Source: Betaproteobacteria bacterium (GTDB taxonomy: Bacteria; Nitrospirota; UBA9217). From it: a stretch of 32,099 bases of DNA. Numbering within the stretch: the stretch's first letter is position 1; each line of letters starts with the position of its first letter. The notes under the pieces were generated by a model. The model saw nothing but the letters and a program-made list of their open reading frames with translations. It ran no database searches and was not told the origin of the DNA. Both the position numbers and the translations under genes were made by a program. Location: contig JBLMWN010000106.1 in assembly GCA_050257255.1 (NCBI GenBank), positions 1 to 32,099 on the forward strand. Direction: 5' to 3'. Below, piece by piece: positions 1 to 10,500 of the stretch.

Positions 1-2
1 GT

Positions 3-662
3 ACGGGATGCGCAACCATCGCTAACAACGGTATCTATTACTCCTGCAGCAAATTGACCACTGGATCAGCATGCGCGGGGGCAGCGGCTCCCCTTGCCAG
101 CCAGGTCCAGAATCCGGTGGCGCTTCTCCCCACAGATTTTAATAACGGCATACTCGTGCGGCTCCCGAGCGTCCCTCCGGACGGCTTACCTTTAGTCGGC
201 GGCATCCTTGTGCTGGGGATCGGCACCCAGCCCAACAATATGCCTCCTACCGGTGTAACGACGTATAACACGGATCAGTTTTCCGGGGATATTGTCACGA
301 TTTTTAACGGCACCAACTACAGCAGTATCATAGACAGCGGCTCGAACGGAATCTTCTTCACGCCCCCCGCGGGAGTCCTGATTCGAAGCTGTGCTGATCC
401 CAGTTGGTTCTGCCCCTTGTCCATAATGACCCTTTCCGCAACGAATAAAGGGGCCAGCGGATCGCCAAGCGGCGATGTTTCTTTCCAAATAGGTAACTTT
501 ACCAATCTTACAAATTCGACCAACAAGGTATTTTCGGATATCGGCGGGCCTGCACCGGACCTGTTCGATTGGGGGCTCCCGTTCTACTTCGGGCGTAGCG
601 TCTTTGTGGGGATTGATAACATGTCATCCAGCGTGGGCACCGGTCCCTACTTCGCTTACTGA
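3..662 (+). CDS. DUF3443-family secreted protein, C-terminal part (5'-truncated by window)
   Basis: Frame is open from the window edge. Motifs NPV..LPTDFNNG, LVLGIGTQPNN, IIDSGSNGIFF, FDWGLPFYFGRSVFV and terminal GPYFAY match my recollection of DUF3443. Confidence 0.75.
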   Translation, partial: TGCATIANNGIYYSCSKLTTGSACAGAAAPLASQVQNPVALLPTDFNNGILVRLPSVPPDGLPLVGGILVLGIGTQPNNMPPTGVTTYNTDQFSGDIVTIFNGTNYSSIIDSGSNGIFFTPPAGVLIRSCADPSWFCPLSIMTLSATNKGASGSPSGDVSFQIGNFTNLTNSTNKVFSDIGGPAPDLFDWGLPFYFGRSVFVGIDNMSSSVGTGPYFAY

Positions 663-717
663 GACTGAACATTGGTTGTCCATATGTGTGACAGCCAATC
701 CGGAATAAGACTTGCTC

Positions 718-1929
718 ATGCACGACCACATAAAAAAATATACCGAGAAACTCCTCCGAGACCGGACTGCGGTGCCGGAGAGCATCCGTTTCTACCGTCT
801 CGACGACGTGGTGACCGCGAATCAACGGGACGACTGGCTGCCGGTATTTACCGAGGTATTCAACGGCTTGAACGTGACAGCCCTGCTGTTCGCGAAGCTT
901 ACTCTCCCTTTTGCCGACCTGCTTATTGAACGGTCAGGTCCGAAAGCCGACAGGCTTGTGCCGAACGACAGCGAGACAAGGGTCTTCTTGCACGACATTC
1001 CTTTTATACGAACGACCGAATGGGCCGGCAGGCCGAAGTCGGAACTCACGGACAAGATCATCGGCTGTCTCAAAGAGCGGAAGGCTGCAGTGATCCAGGG
1101 GCTCGGCGTCGTTGCAACGGGCGGGGTGACCGTCGAGCAGGCCTACATAGGGTTCTCGACTATTTTTCATACCACCTTCGTGAAATACCTTCTCGATCTC
1201 TTGACCGAAGGGTTCATGCTGACCGATGAGCAGCGGCATTTAGATGAATTCAGGAAATCATGGCTCAGACAGCCGGGCCTGGATGATCTCACATTCACCC
1301 CCGGGCCGCTTGAAAAAACAACAGAGGGAGAAGGGTATGGCGCAGAGCGTAAGATAATTTATGATGAAATGTGCCGGGTAGGCCGCTATACCGTCGAGAA
1401 GGGCTATGTCGATTCCTTCTTCGGGAACATCAGCTACTTCGACGGCAAGACGATTTACATCAGTCAGACGACCTCTTCACTCGATGAACTTGAAGGCCAT
1501 ATCGATCCGGTTCCGATGGATGAGTCATCGACCGCCGGGCTTTCGGCATCATCGGAGCTTCCCGCGCACCGGGGAATTTACCTTGCATCGAAAAACCATG
1601 CCGTTCTGCACGGCCATCCCAAGTTCAGCGTGATCATGTCGATGTATTGCGAAGAGGAAGACTGCGAGATCGAGGACTGCAGCCGGTTCTGCAACCGCGC
1701 GCGCTTTGCCTGCGGCGTGCCCATCGTTGCGGGCGAGACCGGCGCGGGCGGGTTGGCAAGGTCCGTCCCTCGTGCCATCAAAGACAAAGGTGTCTGCATC
1801 GTCTACGGCCACGGCATATTCGCTGCAGGCGAAAAAGACTTTCGAGACGCCTTCATGAAGATGGCGGACGTGGAGGATCGCTGCAGGGAAGAGTATTTTG
1901 AGCTCCTCAAGACAAAGAACAGTATCTGA
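718..1929 (+). CDS. Class II aldolase/adducin-family protein with a degenerate N-terminal aldolase-like domain
   Basis: C-terminal domain has GNIS, SSELPAH, HGHP and YGHG metal-binding motifs. N-terminal half has HDIPF and VIQGLGV, resembling a second aldolase fold. ATG 718 chosen; TTG 712 is an alternative. Confidence 0.75.
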   Translation: MHDHIKKYTEKLLRDRTAVPESIRFYRLDDVVTANQRDDWLPVFTEVFNGLNVTALLFAKLTLPFADLLIERSGPKADRLVPNDSETRVFLHDIPFIRTTEWAGRPKSELTDKIIGCLKERKAAVIQGLGVVATGGVTVEQAYIGFSTIFHTTFVKYLLDLLTEGFMLTDEQRHLDEFRKSWLRQPGLDDLTFTPGPLEKTTEGEGYGAERKIIYDEMCRVGRYTVEKGYVDSFFGNISYFDGKTIYISQTTSSLDELEGHIDPVPMDESSTAGLSASSELPAHRGIYLASKNHAVLHGHPKFSVIMSMYCEEEDCEIEDCSRFCNRARFACGVPIVAGETGAGGLARSVPRAIKDKGVCIVYGHGIFAAGEKDFRDAFMKMADVEDRCREEYFELLKTKNSI

Positions 1930-2025
1930 CGAGATGCGAGGAAAGGGGCGAAGAGGGAACATATAACTTCACCTTGGGTTAGTATGCTGCCCCCTTCGCT
2001 GTTTTTCCTTTTCCTTGTAAAGCCT

Positions 2026-2241
2026 TCACGCCGCTTTGGGCTTTGATTCCCGCGCTATATTGAACTCAAAGGTATAGACCCTGAAATCGCCTTCCGGGAA
2101 CGCCTTCTTGATCCTGTTGATGAACTCGTCAAAGACCACTTTTTCATACTGCTGGACATCGTAGTCTCTCGTGCGCTCGGTAACTCCCTGAAGATCCATG
2201 TCAAGGTAGAAATCCATGTCCGGTGAAATGCGTAACCGCAT
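2026..2241 (-). CDS. Small hypothetical protein (71 aa, MRLRISPDMDFY...)
   Basis: Strong RBS AAGGAGGTG upstream of ATG 2241 on the minus strand; host-like codon usage. Confidence 0.7.
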   Translation of the reverse strand: MRLRISPDMDFYLDMDLQGVTERTRDYDVQQYEKVVFDEFINRIKKAFPEGDFRVYTFEFNIARESKPKAA

Positions 2242-2356
2242 ACCGCTCACCTCCTTGTGCAACCGGAGTCACGCGAGATCCGGCTGACAGTTTCTCTCAC
2301 TAATCATATTATACCGCTTCCGTTCACCGGAAAAAATTCAGGCCCTTCATGCCGGG

Positions 2357-3823
2357 TTACGGTTTGATCGTGAGATAGACCGAACCTCCGTCCCGGTAGA
2401 TGAGCAGGAGCACGGTGTCCTTTTCGCCGATCTTGGAAACCGCCTGATCAAACTCTTGCGCGCTCTGGATCGGCTGCCGGTTCACTTCCTGGATCACGTC
2501 GTTCGCCTGCAGAATGCCCTGCGCCGGGCTGTCCGAACCGACAGCGGTGATGACAACGCCGTTCAGCTGATCCGGCAGATTCAGCTTGTCCCGCAGTCCC
2601 GGGGTCAACTCCTGGACCGTAACACCCTTCAGAACATTATTGTATTCAGTCTTCTTGACGACCCTTGTCTCCTTGAACTCGCCAAGCGTCATCGTAATGG
2701 CCTGCTCTTTGCCTTCCCGGATGATCTTGGCCTCGATCTTTGTCCCCGGAGCCGTTGCTGAGACCATGTTCCGGAGGACCGTTGAATCAGTGACCTTCTT
2801 GCCGGCCAGTTCGACGATGAGGTCGCCCCGCTTGAGGCCTGCTTTGTCTGCAGGACTGCCTTTTTCGACGCCCGCAATCAAGGCGCCTTCCGTTTCCTTG
2901 ATTCCCAGCGATTTCGCAAGTTCGGGAGTAAGGTTCTGGATGCTCACGCCCATCCATCCGCGGATCACCTTGCCGTGCTTGATGATGCTGTCCATCACGG
3001 TTTTGGCCATGTCCGACGGGATGGCAAAGCCGATGCCCATGTAGCCGCCGCTGGTCGAGAAGATCGCCGTATTGATGCCCACAAGTTCACCGTTGGTGTT
3101 TACCAGGGCGCCGCCCGAGTTGCCGGGGTTGATGGGTGCGTCGGTCTGGATGAAATCCTCTAAATCGGCAAGGCCGATGTTCGAGCGTCCGACGGCGCTC
3201 ACGATTCCCATGGTGATGGTCTGGTTCAGGCCGAAGGGATTGCCGATGGCCAGCACGATGTCGCCGGTCTTCAGCTTGCCTGAGTCGCCGAACTTGATGG
3301 TCGGCAGGCCCTTGGCATTGATCTTGATGACGGCGAGGTCCGTTCTCGGGTCGGTGCCTACCACCTTGCCTTTGAATTCCTTTTTATCGTAGAGGATCAC
3401 CTTGATCTCCTCCGCCCCCTTCACCACGTGGTTGTTCGTGAGGATATAGCCGTTTTCAGACACGATGACGCCGGAACCGAGGGCAGATGATTTGTATTTC
3501 CGTTTCTGGCCGTGTTCGAACTGATCGCCGAAGAAGCGTCTGAAAAAGGGATCATTGAACATGTCGCCGAAGGGGCTTTCTTCCATGGTCACTGTCGACG
3601 TTGTGGATATGTTTACGACTGCCGGCCGGGCGACATCTGCTACCTCGGCCAGGGCATCGCTCAGTTTGCCGAGCAGTTGTGCGGATTCCCGTGATACCGC
3701 CTTGTCTTTGGCAGAAGCGATGCCGGCTGCAGATAGGCCGATTGCCAGTAAGAACGTCAGTATCAGTGCGAGAAACCCGTTAAATGTCACTTCCTGCTTC
3801 CTATGAACATTCAGAATCTTCAT
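2357..3823 (-). CDS. degP: DegP/DegQ (HtrA, Do family) periplasmic serine protease with two PDZ domains
   Basis: TNNHVV, TDLAVIK, IQTDAPINPGNSGGAL triad motifs; N-terminal hydrophobic signal; two PDZ domains; RBS AGGGAGG before ATG 3823. degP versus degQ cannot be resolved. Confidence 0.92.
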   Translation of the reverse strand: MKILNVHRKQEVTFNGFLALILTFLLAIGLSAAGIASAKDKAVSRESAQLLGKLSDALAEVADVARPAVVNISTTSTVTMEESPFGDMFNDPFFRRFFGDQFEHGQKRKYKSSALGSGVIVSENGYILTNNHVVKGAEEIKVILYDKKEFKGKVVGTDPRTDLAVIKINAKGLPTIKFGDSGKLKTGDIVLAIGNPFGLNQTITMGIVSAVGRSNIGLADLEDFIQTDAPINPGNSGGALVNTNGELVGINTAIFSTSGGYMGIGFAIPSDMAKTVMDSIIKHGKVIRGWMGVSIQNLTPELAKSLGIKETEGALIAGVEKGSPADKAGLKRGDLIVELAGKKVTDSTVLRNMVSATAPGTKIEAKIIREGKEQAITMTLGEFKETRVVKKTEYNNVLKGVTVQELTPGLRDKLNLPDQLNGVVITAVGSDSPAQGILQANDVIQEVNRQPIQSAQEFDQAVSKIGEKDTVLLLIYRDGGSVYLTIKP

Positions 3824-4039
3824 TGATGGCCTCCCTGAAATAAGAAAAACTGGATTTGTACTGCATAGCTTCATCCTCAAGATCCTTCAGCTTCGTCAAG
3901 CCGGAGGGAAACTGTTATTTTGACACCAAAGAATCTGAAAAGATTATTTTTTGCGGAGACGAAACACATATCTCATGTACAACTATACTACGATTATACT
4001 ATGATTTTTTAACAGGTGGGAAGAATGGAGAATTATTCA

Positions 4040-7000
4040 TTATACTTTGGTCGTCAGTTCGAGCCGAGCGCTGTCGAGGAAGAGGAGAGATCCTTCGACG
4101 CTCCGGAGTCGGAATACGTCCTTCACTGCTTCACAGTAGATCTGAATTTGCGGGCGGTAGTGATCGCGCCAAGCCTTGAGAGCCTCTTCATCTTCAATAA
4201 GAATGGCCTTGAAGTCGATGACGTATCCTTTGTCGTCCATGATGATCAGCCGGTCGATGATGCCGCTCACGAGCGCGTTTCCTCTCTTGTACAGAAAGGG
4301 AAGCTCCGCATAGGCGTTCCCCCCGCGCCCGAATATCCACGCGAGTTCCTTATCCGTTAGGACCCTCGTCAGGACCGATTCCGCGTCATTGATGAATTGA
4401 TGAAGGGATTCTTTTTCCAGAGACAGGATATCGGGATATCCAGCAGTGATCAGCCCGAGATCGTATGAACCGGTTTTCGTATATTCTTCGAGGCAGCGGT
4501 GAAGCACGCTCCCGCGGGTGAGGGGAGAGACGACGGAAGTCTGGAGCGGTAAGAGTTCAAGCGCCGCTTCTCTATCGTGGTCAATAAAATCAGTCGCCCT
4601 CTTCCATTCCGGCGTTTTTGAAGGCGGGATCGGGGAGAGGTTGATGATGATCTGTTGCACATCTATCTGTTTTTCCGGACTCTGTTCAAGTTTCTCCTGA
4701 TCCCCTTTATTACCTCGGGGGAGGGGGGATTGTTTCTGGGGGCCGCCTGCTTCTGTCGAAACGCCGGGGTCGGAGTACACGCGAATCCCGGGTGGCGACT
4801 CAATCGACGCATCGAACAGCGGCTTCGGCGCTGCCGCATGCAGGTAATCCAGCCAGGTATTCTGTTTTAAAGGTTTCTTGCCGTCTTTCAGCGTGCCGAT
4901 CATTACCAGATGGTCGCGGGCGCGCGTCATGGCCACGTACAAAAGCCGCTGGTGTTCCCGTCTGAGCTCTTCCTTTTCCTTCTCCCACATCTCGGCGTAG
5001 AGCGGGGTTACGGCGTCTTTAACCGCCATGCGGACGCCGCCGTCTCCTTCGACAATGACGAGGGGGCCGCTCGTGGTTGATTTGGGCTGCTGGTTCATTC
5101 CCGGCAGGAGCACGATCGGAAATTCCAGGCCTTTGGCCTTGTGCACGGTCATGATGCTTACTGCGCCCTGGAACCCGGGCAGGTTCATGTCCGCCGTGGC
5201 TTCGCGCTGTTCTGCCTCGCGGATGTTCCTGACCCATTCCACGAAATCCTGAAGCGTTGTGTAACCTCGTCGGTCGAATTCCCGCGCCGTGTCCAGCAGT
5301 TTGTCGATATTGAAGATCGCCTGCGGGTTGCGCCTGCCGAAGCGGACGAAGGCGCCGGTCTCTTCGACGATTCGATGAATGAGTCCGGCGAGCGGGACGA
5401 GTCCGGCAAGGTTCATCCAGGTACGCAGGAGTTCCCACTCACGCGGTCTCCGGTTTCGAACGGCGTTGATCATGTCCCCGCCGTCTTTCCTGAGGTCAAA
5501 GACGTCCTGGTCTGTGAAGCCGAAGAGCGGTGATTTAAGCGCTGCTGCGAGTGCGAACTTGTCGTCACGATTCCAAAGGAAGAAGAGGACATTTATCAAG
5601 GCTTGTATTTCGTCCTCTTCATAGAACCCGATGCCGCCGACCACACGGAAGGGCATGCCCTCCGTCTGGAGCGCCGCTTCGTACTCTTTGAGCTTTGCGC
5701 GGGACTGGATCAGGATGGCGCAGTCGCCGTATCCGGCCGGCCGGGTTTGCCAACCTTCTTCCTGGCCATTTTGTAATCTTCCCGCGCCCCTCTTTATCAA
5801 AGGAGGAATATTATTAGTTCCTTGCGAAAAGAGGTCGAGCTGGAGTGGTTTGTCACTTCCCCCTTTGGGAAAAGGGGATCGAGAGGGATATGCATTCGGC
5901 GTCCGTTCATAGACCGTTGTCCCGCGTTCGATAAGTGATTTCAACTCCCGCGCGAGAATCTTCGCTTCGGTCGGTTCTGCGGACGTTTCATCCGCTGTTC
6001 CCGGCGTAAGTTCGATAAGTCTCACGGTCCCTTTGTGGTCTATACGGTCTGCTTCCGAGTGTTGATAGACATCTCCCCAGAGATTGAAGAATACCTGATT
6101 TACCGTATTGATGATCTGCGGAGTGGATCGGAAGTTCTTATGGAGCGTCAGGATCTCACGAGCTGCAGGGGGGAGGAACTTTTCCATCTTCTCCCGGGCA
6201 TCTTCGATCAGACGGTAGTTTGCCTCGCGGAAGCGGTAGATGGACTGCTTCTCGTCGCCGACCACGAAGAGCGTAGGGGACATGAGCTTGTCAGCTCCAA
6301 GGCCTGCGAAGATCTCTTCGGTCAGCTTGTTCAGGATAGCCCATTGCATGTCGCTCGTATCCTGGAACTCGTCTACGAGGAAATGGAGAATCCTCCGGTC
6401 GAGCCAGTAGAGGATGTCCGGAGATTCCACGCCCTGCAGCAGGCCGTAGGCGTGGATCTCGAGATCGTCGAAGTCCAGCAGGCCTTCTCGGAGTTTCGAG
6501 TTCTGATAGTTCTCTTCAGCCCGCTGGAACAGCCGGATCAGGCCGGTTGCCTCATAACACGCCTGCGCACGACGATACCCTGAAAGGAACCGGGACAGGA
6601 CATCTTGAACTTGCGCATAGAGCTTTTCATAGACGGCGTAGCGAGAGGACCGGTTTGCCCGAAATGTGGTCCTGGGAATAGGGGGTCTTTGGCGGGGCTC
6701 GGCCTTTTGTGTGAAATAAAGCGGTATGAGCGATTCCGCAATCCGGTACGCCGCATGGATATCCTTTGCCTCGGAGAGCGCGAGGTGTCCCGATCCGTTA
6801 CACTCTTCATAAAAATCACCCTGAGACCTGAGGAAGAGTTCCATCTGCATGAACAGGGCGCGCCATTCAGGGCTTTGAGCAAGTGATTGTATTTCCGACT
6901 CCAATACGGCGACCCCCATGCCGGAACGGACTGCCCGAAGGAGACCTTCTGCTCCACCGGCATCGATCTCCATGCGCTTGAGCCTGCTCCTGATCGTGAG

Positions 7001-7495
7001 TAAAAACGCGACTGTCGCGATAAGGTCGTCGGCAGTAAATTTCCTCAGCGGCCCCATGATTTCCTGGTCCCGGTCGGATTCTTCCAGAGCGTCTTCGATG
7101 GCCTTTTGAATTTTGTATGCCTGGTCCCGTGCGTCAAACACGCCGAAGTCCGGCGGAAGCCCCGCCTGGAGCGGATAGCGCTTGAGCAGGTTCATGCAGA
7201 AGGAATGGATCGTCGAGATGCGGAGGTCCTGCTTGCCGCGGATGATCTTCTTGAGCATGGTCTCGGGCAGGTCGTGCATTACACGTTCTTTGATCTCCGC
7301 CGCAGCCTTGTCCGTGAAGGTGATCGCCACGGCCTGATCGATGTTGAGCCCGCGGTTGTCGAGCACGTCGAGCAAGGCGAGGTAGCGGTCCTTGAGCGCG
7401 CGAGTCTTGCCGGAGCCGGCGGAGGCGGACAGGTGGACCGACTTGCCAGTGTCGGCGGCTCTCTCCGTAGTCCGGTTTTTAGGGTCGGTGCTCAT
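4040..7495 (-). CDS. addA: AddA/RecB-like SF1 (UvrD) helicase with C-terminal PD-(D/E)XK nuclease
   Basis: ASAGSGKT, LVDEFQDT, VGDEKQSIYRFR, KNFRS, TVHKAKGLEF, LLYVAMTRARD helicase motifs; GIIDRL..VIDFK and QIQIY nuclease motifs; directly downstream of an AddB-like gene. Confidence 0.88.
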   Translation of the reverse strand: MSTDPKNRTTERAADTGKSVHLSASAGSGKTRALKDRYLALLDVLDNRGLNIDQAVAITFTDKAAAEIKERVMHDLPETMLKKIIRGKQDLRISTIHSFCMNLLKRYPLQAGLPPDFGVFDARDQAYKIQKAIEDALEESDRDQEIMGPLRKFTADDLIATVAFLLTIRSRLKRMEIDAGGAEGLLRAVRSGMGVAVLESEIQSLAQSPEWRALFMQMELFLRSQGDFYEECNGSGHLALSEAKDIHAAYRIAESLIPLYFTQKAEPRQRPPIPRTTFRANRSSRYAVYEKLYAQVQDVLSRFLSGYRRAQACYEATGLIRLFQRAEENYQNSKLREGLLDFDDLEIHAYGLLQGVESPDILYWLDRRILHFLVDEFQDTSDMQWAILNKLTEEIFAGLGADKLMSPTLFVVGDEKQSIYRFREANYRLIEDAREKMEKFLPPAAREILTLHKNFRSTPQIINTVNQVFFNLWGDVYQHSEADRIDHKGTVRLIELTPGTADETSAEPTEAKILARELKSLIERGTTVYERTPNAYPSRSPFPKGGSDKPLQLDLFSQGTNNIPPLIKRGAGRLQNGQEEGWQTRPAGYGDCAILIQSRAKLKEYEAALQTEGMPFRVVGGIGFYEEDEIQALINVLFFLWNRDDKFALAAALKSPLFGFTDQDVFDLRKDGGDMINAVRNRRPREWELLRTWMNLAGLVPLAGLIHRIVEETGAFVRFGRRNPQAIFNIDKLLDTAREFDRRGYTTLQDFVEWVRNIREAEQREATADMNLPGFQGAVSIMTVHKAKGLEFPIVLLPGMNQQPKSTTSGPLVIVEGDGGVRMAVKDAVTPLYAEMWEKEKEELRREHQRLLYVAMTRARDHLVMIGTLKDGKKPLKQNTWLDYLHAAAPKPLFDASIESPPGIRVYSDPGVSTEAGGPQKQSPLPRGNKGDQEKLEQSPEKQIDVQQIIINLSPIPPSKTPEWKRATDFIDHDREAALELLPLQTSVVSPLTRGSVLHRCLEEYTKTGSYDLGLITAGYPDILSLEKESLHQFINDAESVLTRVLTDKELAWIFGRGGNAYAELPFLYKRGNALVSGIIDRLIIMDDKGYVIDFKAILIEDEEALKAWRDHYRPQIQIYCEAVKDVFRLRSVEGSLLFLDSARLELTTKV
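5775..5889. repeat. Bipartite CCCCTTT..AAAGGGG palindromic element inserted in frame in addA
   Basis: AATCTTCCCGCGCCCCTCTTTATCAAAGGAGG and TCCCCCTTTGGGAAAAGGGGATCGAGAGGGAT, in inverted arrangement; related copy at 4701-4731. Confidence 0.6.
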
Positions 7496-7534
7496 GACAT
7501 TCCTTTTTTGATGGAAGGGGTGCGAAACCCGCCT

Positions 7535-10500
7535 CTATGATGATTCATTTTCACACATCATCTCATTCGGACAGTACCTGCACTTTTTCTCATCCTGCGG
7601 CGTGGAGGTGAAATCCCCTGCCAGGATGCCTTCGACTGCTTTACGAGCCTTGTCCATGCTCTGTTTTAATATCGTCTCGAATTCCTGAGCGCTCTTGGGG
7701 CTTGCCTTCGGTTTGGACGAAGGATGGTCATTGCGTGCATCTTTATTGAAGAGCACGACGTCGCGCGCTTCGGCGCCGGTCTTACCCGCGAGATCATAAT
7801 AGGCGAGTCCGACAGGTTTCTTAAGGCGGAGGCCATTGCCTTTCAGCGCTGATTGCGCCATGACCGCATAGACCGGGAGTTGGAAGATTTCCTGGTCAAC
7901 ATTCATTTTCGGCAGGGGATACGCGCCGGTCTTGTAATCCACGACGATGAAATTGCCGTCAGCGTCCACATCAATGCGGTCGATCTTTGCCGAGAGATCA
8001 ATTTCCGCGCCATTCGAAAGAATAAGCCGATATCTCTCGATCTTCTGCTCCAGATATGCCGGGCGCATTCCCTGTTTCCAAAATTTTTCCTCCGCATCGA
8101 GGAACCGTTCCGCCATGACGGCGAGGAAAAGTTCCTTTTCGCGCCGGTTGCGGAAGGTATCGGCTTCCTGATCAAACGAGGAGTCCGCAAGACTTCTGAG
8201 AAGCGAACGGGCATCGGCCCTGCTGTCCTTGGTGACTGCCCTGTTCCAGGAAAGGTAGAAGTTGCGTAGGATCGCATGGACCTTGCTGCCGCGGGCCATA
8301 GGCGAGATGTCCTCGGTTACTTCTTCGAGCGGCTCGATCCCGAGCACATGTTTGACATAATAATCATAGGGGCAGGAGATATAATTGTCCAATTCCGTGA
8401 CCGAGAATTCAGCCTTCCGCAGCGACGCGGTTGCCGGGGTTGCTCCCGCTGGTTGATAGTTGATCGCCCTTCTTATACCGGACAGCCCTTCGATATTCGA
8501 GTTCAGAAGCCCGTCCAATCCCTTGATGTCTCCCGCAAGGCTGATCGCCTTGGCCAGCTCTGGAATGCTGCAGCTCTCTTCAATATGCAGGCTGAACTGG
8601 ATGCCCGATATCTTCTCAATACCGCGATTCAATAAGCCGGCCGTTTTGAGCGGCGTGAGCTCTTCGAGAAAAGGCGACGGTACGACGGGCCGATCTCCTT
8701 CGTTCTCAGGATAGGTCAGCGTCACCTTTGGCGCCGAGAGAAGAAGACGGTAGAAGTGGTATGCCGCGGTCATGCGCGCCCGCTCAAGGGTGCGTACGCC
8801 GAGGACCTCGAGGGTCTCCTCGGGAAGGAAGATATTCTGCGGCAAGCGCTGGGGAAACTTGCCGTCGACAAGACCGCCTAAATAGATCTCATTCCACACA
8901 CGGCCGGTGCTTTCTCCGAGACCCAGGATCTGGACCCCGCCTTCATCTTCCGGAGGCACCTGGAACCGAGTGTGCATGAAGGTCTTCCTGAGCAGGAAAA
9001 GCCATTCACTGAACGTGTACCGGTATTCCGGAAAAAGTTTTCCCGCACGGCTCAGGGATGTGAGGGTGTTGTTCATCTTGGTATAAGCCTGGAGATTGAT
9101 GTTCAGAGGCCCTTTGATTGCTGCAACCCGTGCGCCCAAGCCCGACCAGGCAATGAGATCCTTCAGACGCTCCATCCAGAGGCCAAGCGGGGCTGCATCC
9201 TGAAGAGAAAAAGGTCCAAGTGCCTTGAAAAGGTCGTTCAGCGGCTCCGAGAGAATGTCTTTATCGTTTTCTTCACGGATATGATGCTTAAGCGCAGCGA
9301 GCAGCTTCTGTTTACCGCCGGGAATACGTTTGTTCCGCATGAGCCGGTCGAGCGCCGGCGCGAGGGACGGGTGTTCGCCGAATTTGAGGAACGGCAGGCT
9401 GAAGATCCGCATCAGGGAAGGGCCTGAAAAATCCTCCTGACAGGCGCGCAGCAGCGAGATTACAGCAGTCGTGACCGGGGAGGTCCCAAGCTGTCTGCCG
9501 AGCGCCCGGTTGTAAGGAATGCCGTAATCAATGAAGATCTCTTCAATGAGCGGGCCGTACTCGTCGAGTGCGGGAAAGGTCACGAGGATAGTATCAGGTG
9601 CGCTTCCGCTCCGGAGGGACCTCTTGACCAGACCCGCTATGAAGGATGCCTCCTCGCGGGTATTGACCGCAGAGAGCAGGTTGATCTCCTTTGAAAAGGA
9701 TGCGGGATTCGGCGCACTTTTTGCGGCCTCGGCAAAGGGCTTGTCCGAGAACAACGTCTCGCTCAAAAAGCGGTCTTCCGGGCTCAGGGTCGCTGAAGCC
9801 GCACCGGGAGATATCCCGAGGCCGCCGAGAAACTCCCTGATGAGCCGGAGCGGATGATAGTCTTTCGCTTGCTTGATGCTTTCCGCTGAAGGAGCTTCGA
9901 CGAGGAGTGTGCAGTTTTTATGCGCCGCGATCCTTCTGAGAATTCCGGCTTGGAGCTCATTCGCATCATGGATGCCGTCGATGATGATGCGCGAGTACTT
10001 CGCGATCCAGGAAGGATCGAAGCGTTCAGCGAGAAGAGCAAGAGTGCCGCCGGGGTCAAGAAGGCCTTTTTCGGCAAGCATTCGCTCGTACCGTCCGTAA
10101 ACATCGACGAGCAGCCTGACCTGTGCCTTGGCCAGGAAATCGTTTTCAGCCATCACAGCAGAGAGCCTCTGCGAAGTGATCCCTGCTGACGACAGCTGTT
10201 CAATCATGTCAGCAGCAGAAGCGGAGAGGGAAGGGGCCAGAATATCCTGATTTTTGCTGAAGGCGTATGCGCCGGAGATGAGTTCCTTAACGATCCCTTC
10301 GAGCAGCACGAGCCGGTTGTTCTCATCCATGAGCAGCGGTCCGCCAATATGCGAATAGAGATGGTGAAAGTACTGGTGAAGGGTCTGAACCTCGGGCTGG
10401 ACCATTGCAGAACTTCCATAAAGCCTCAGAAGGGTGTCGAGGAAGATTCTTCCATAAGCCCTTTTCATCCGGGTTGAGGGCACGAGAATTAAAACATCGT

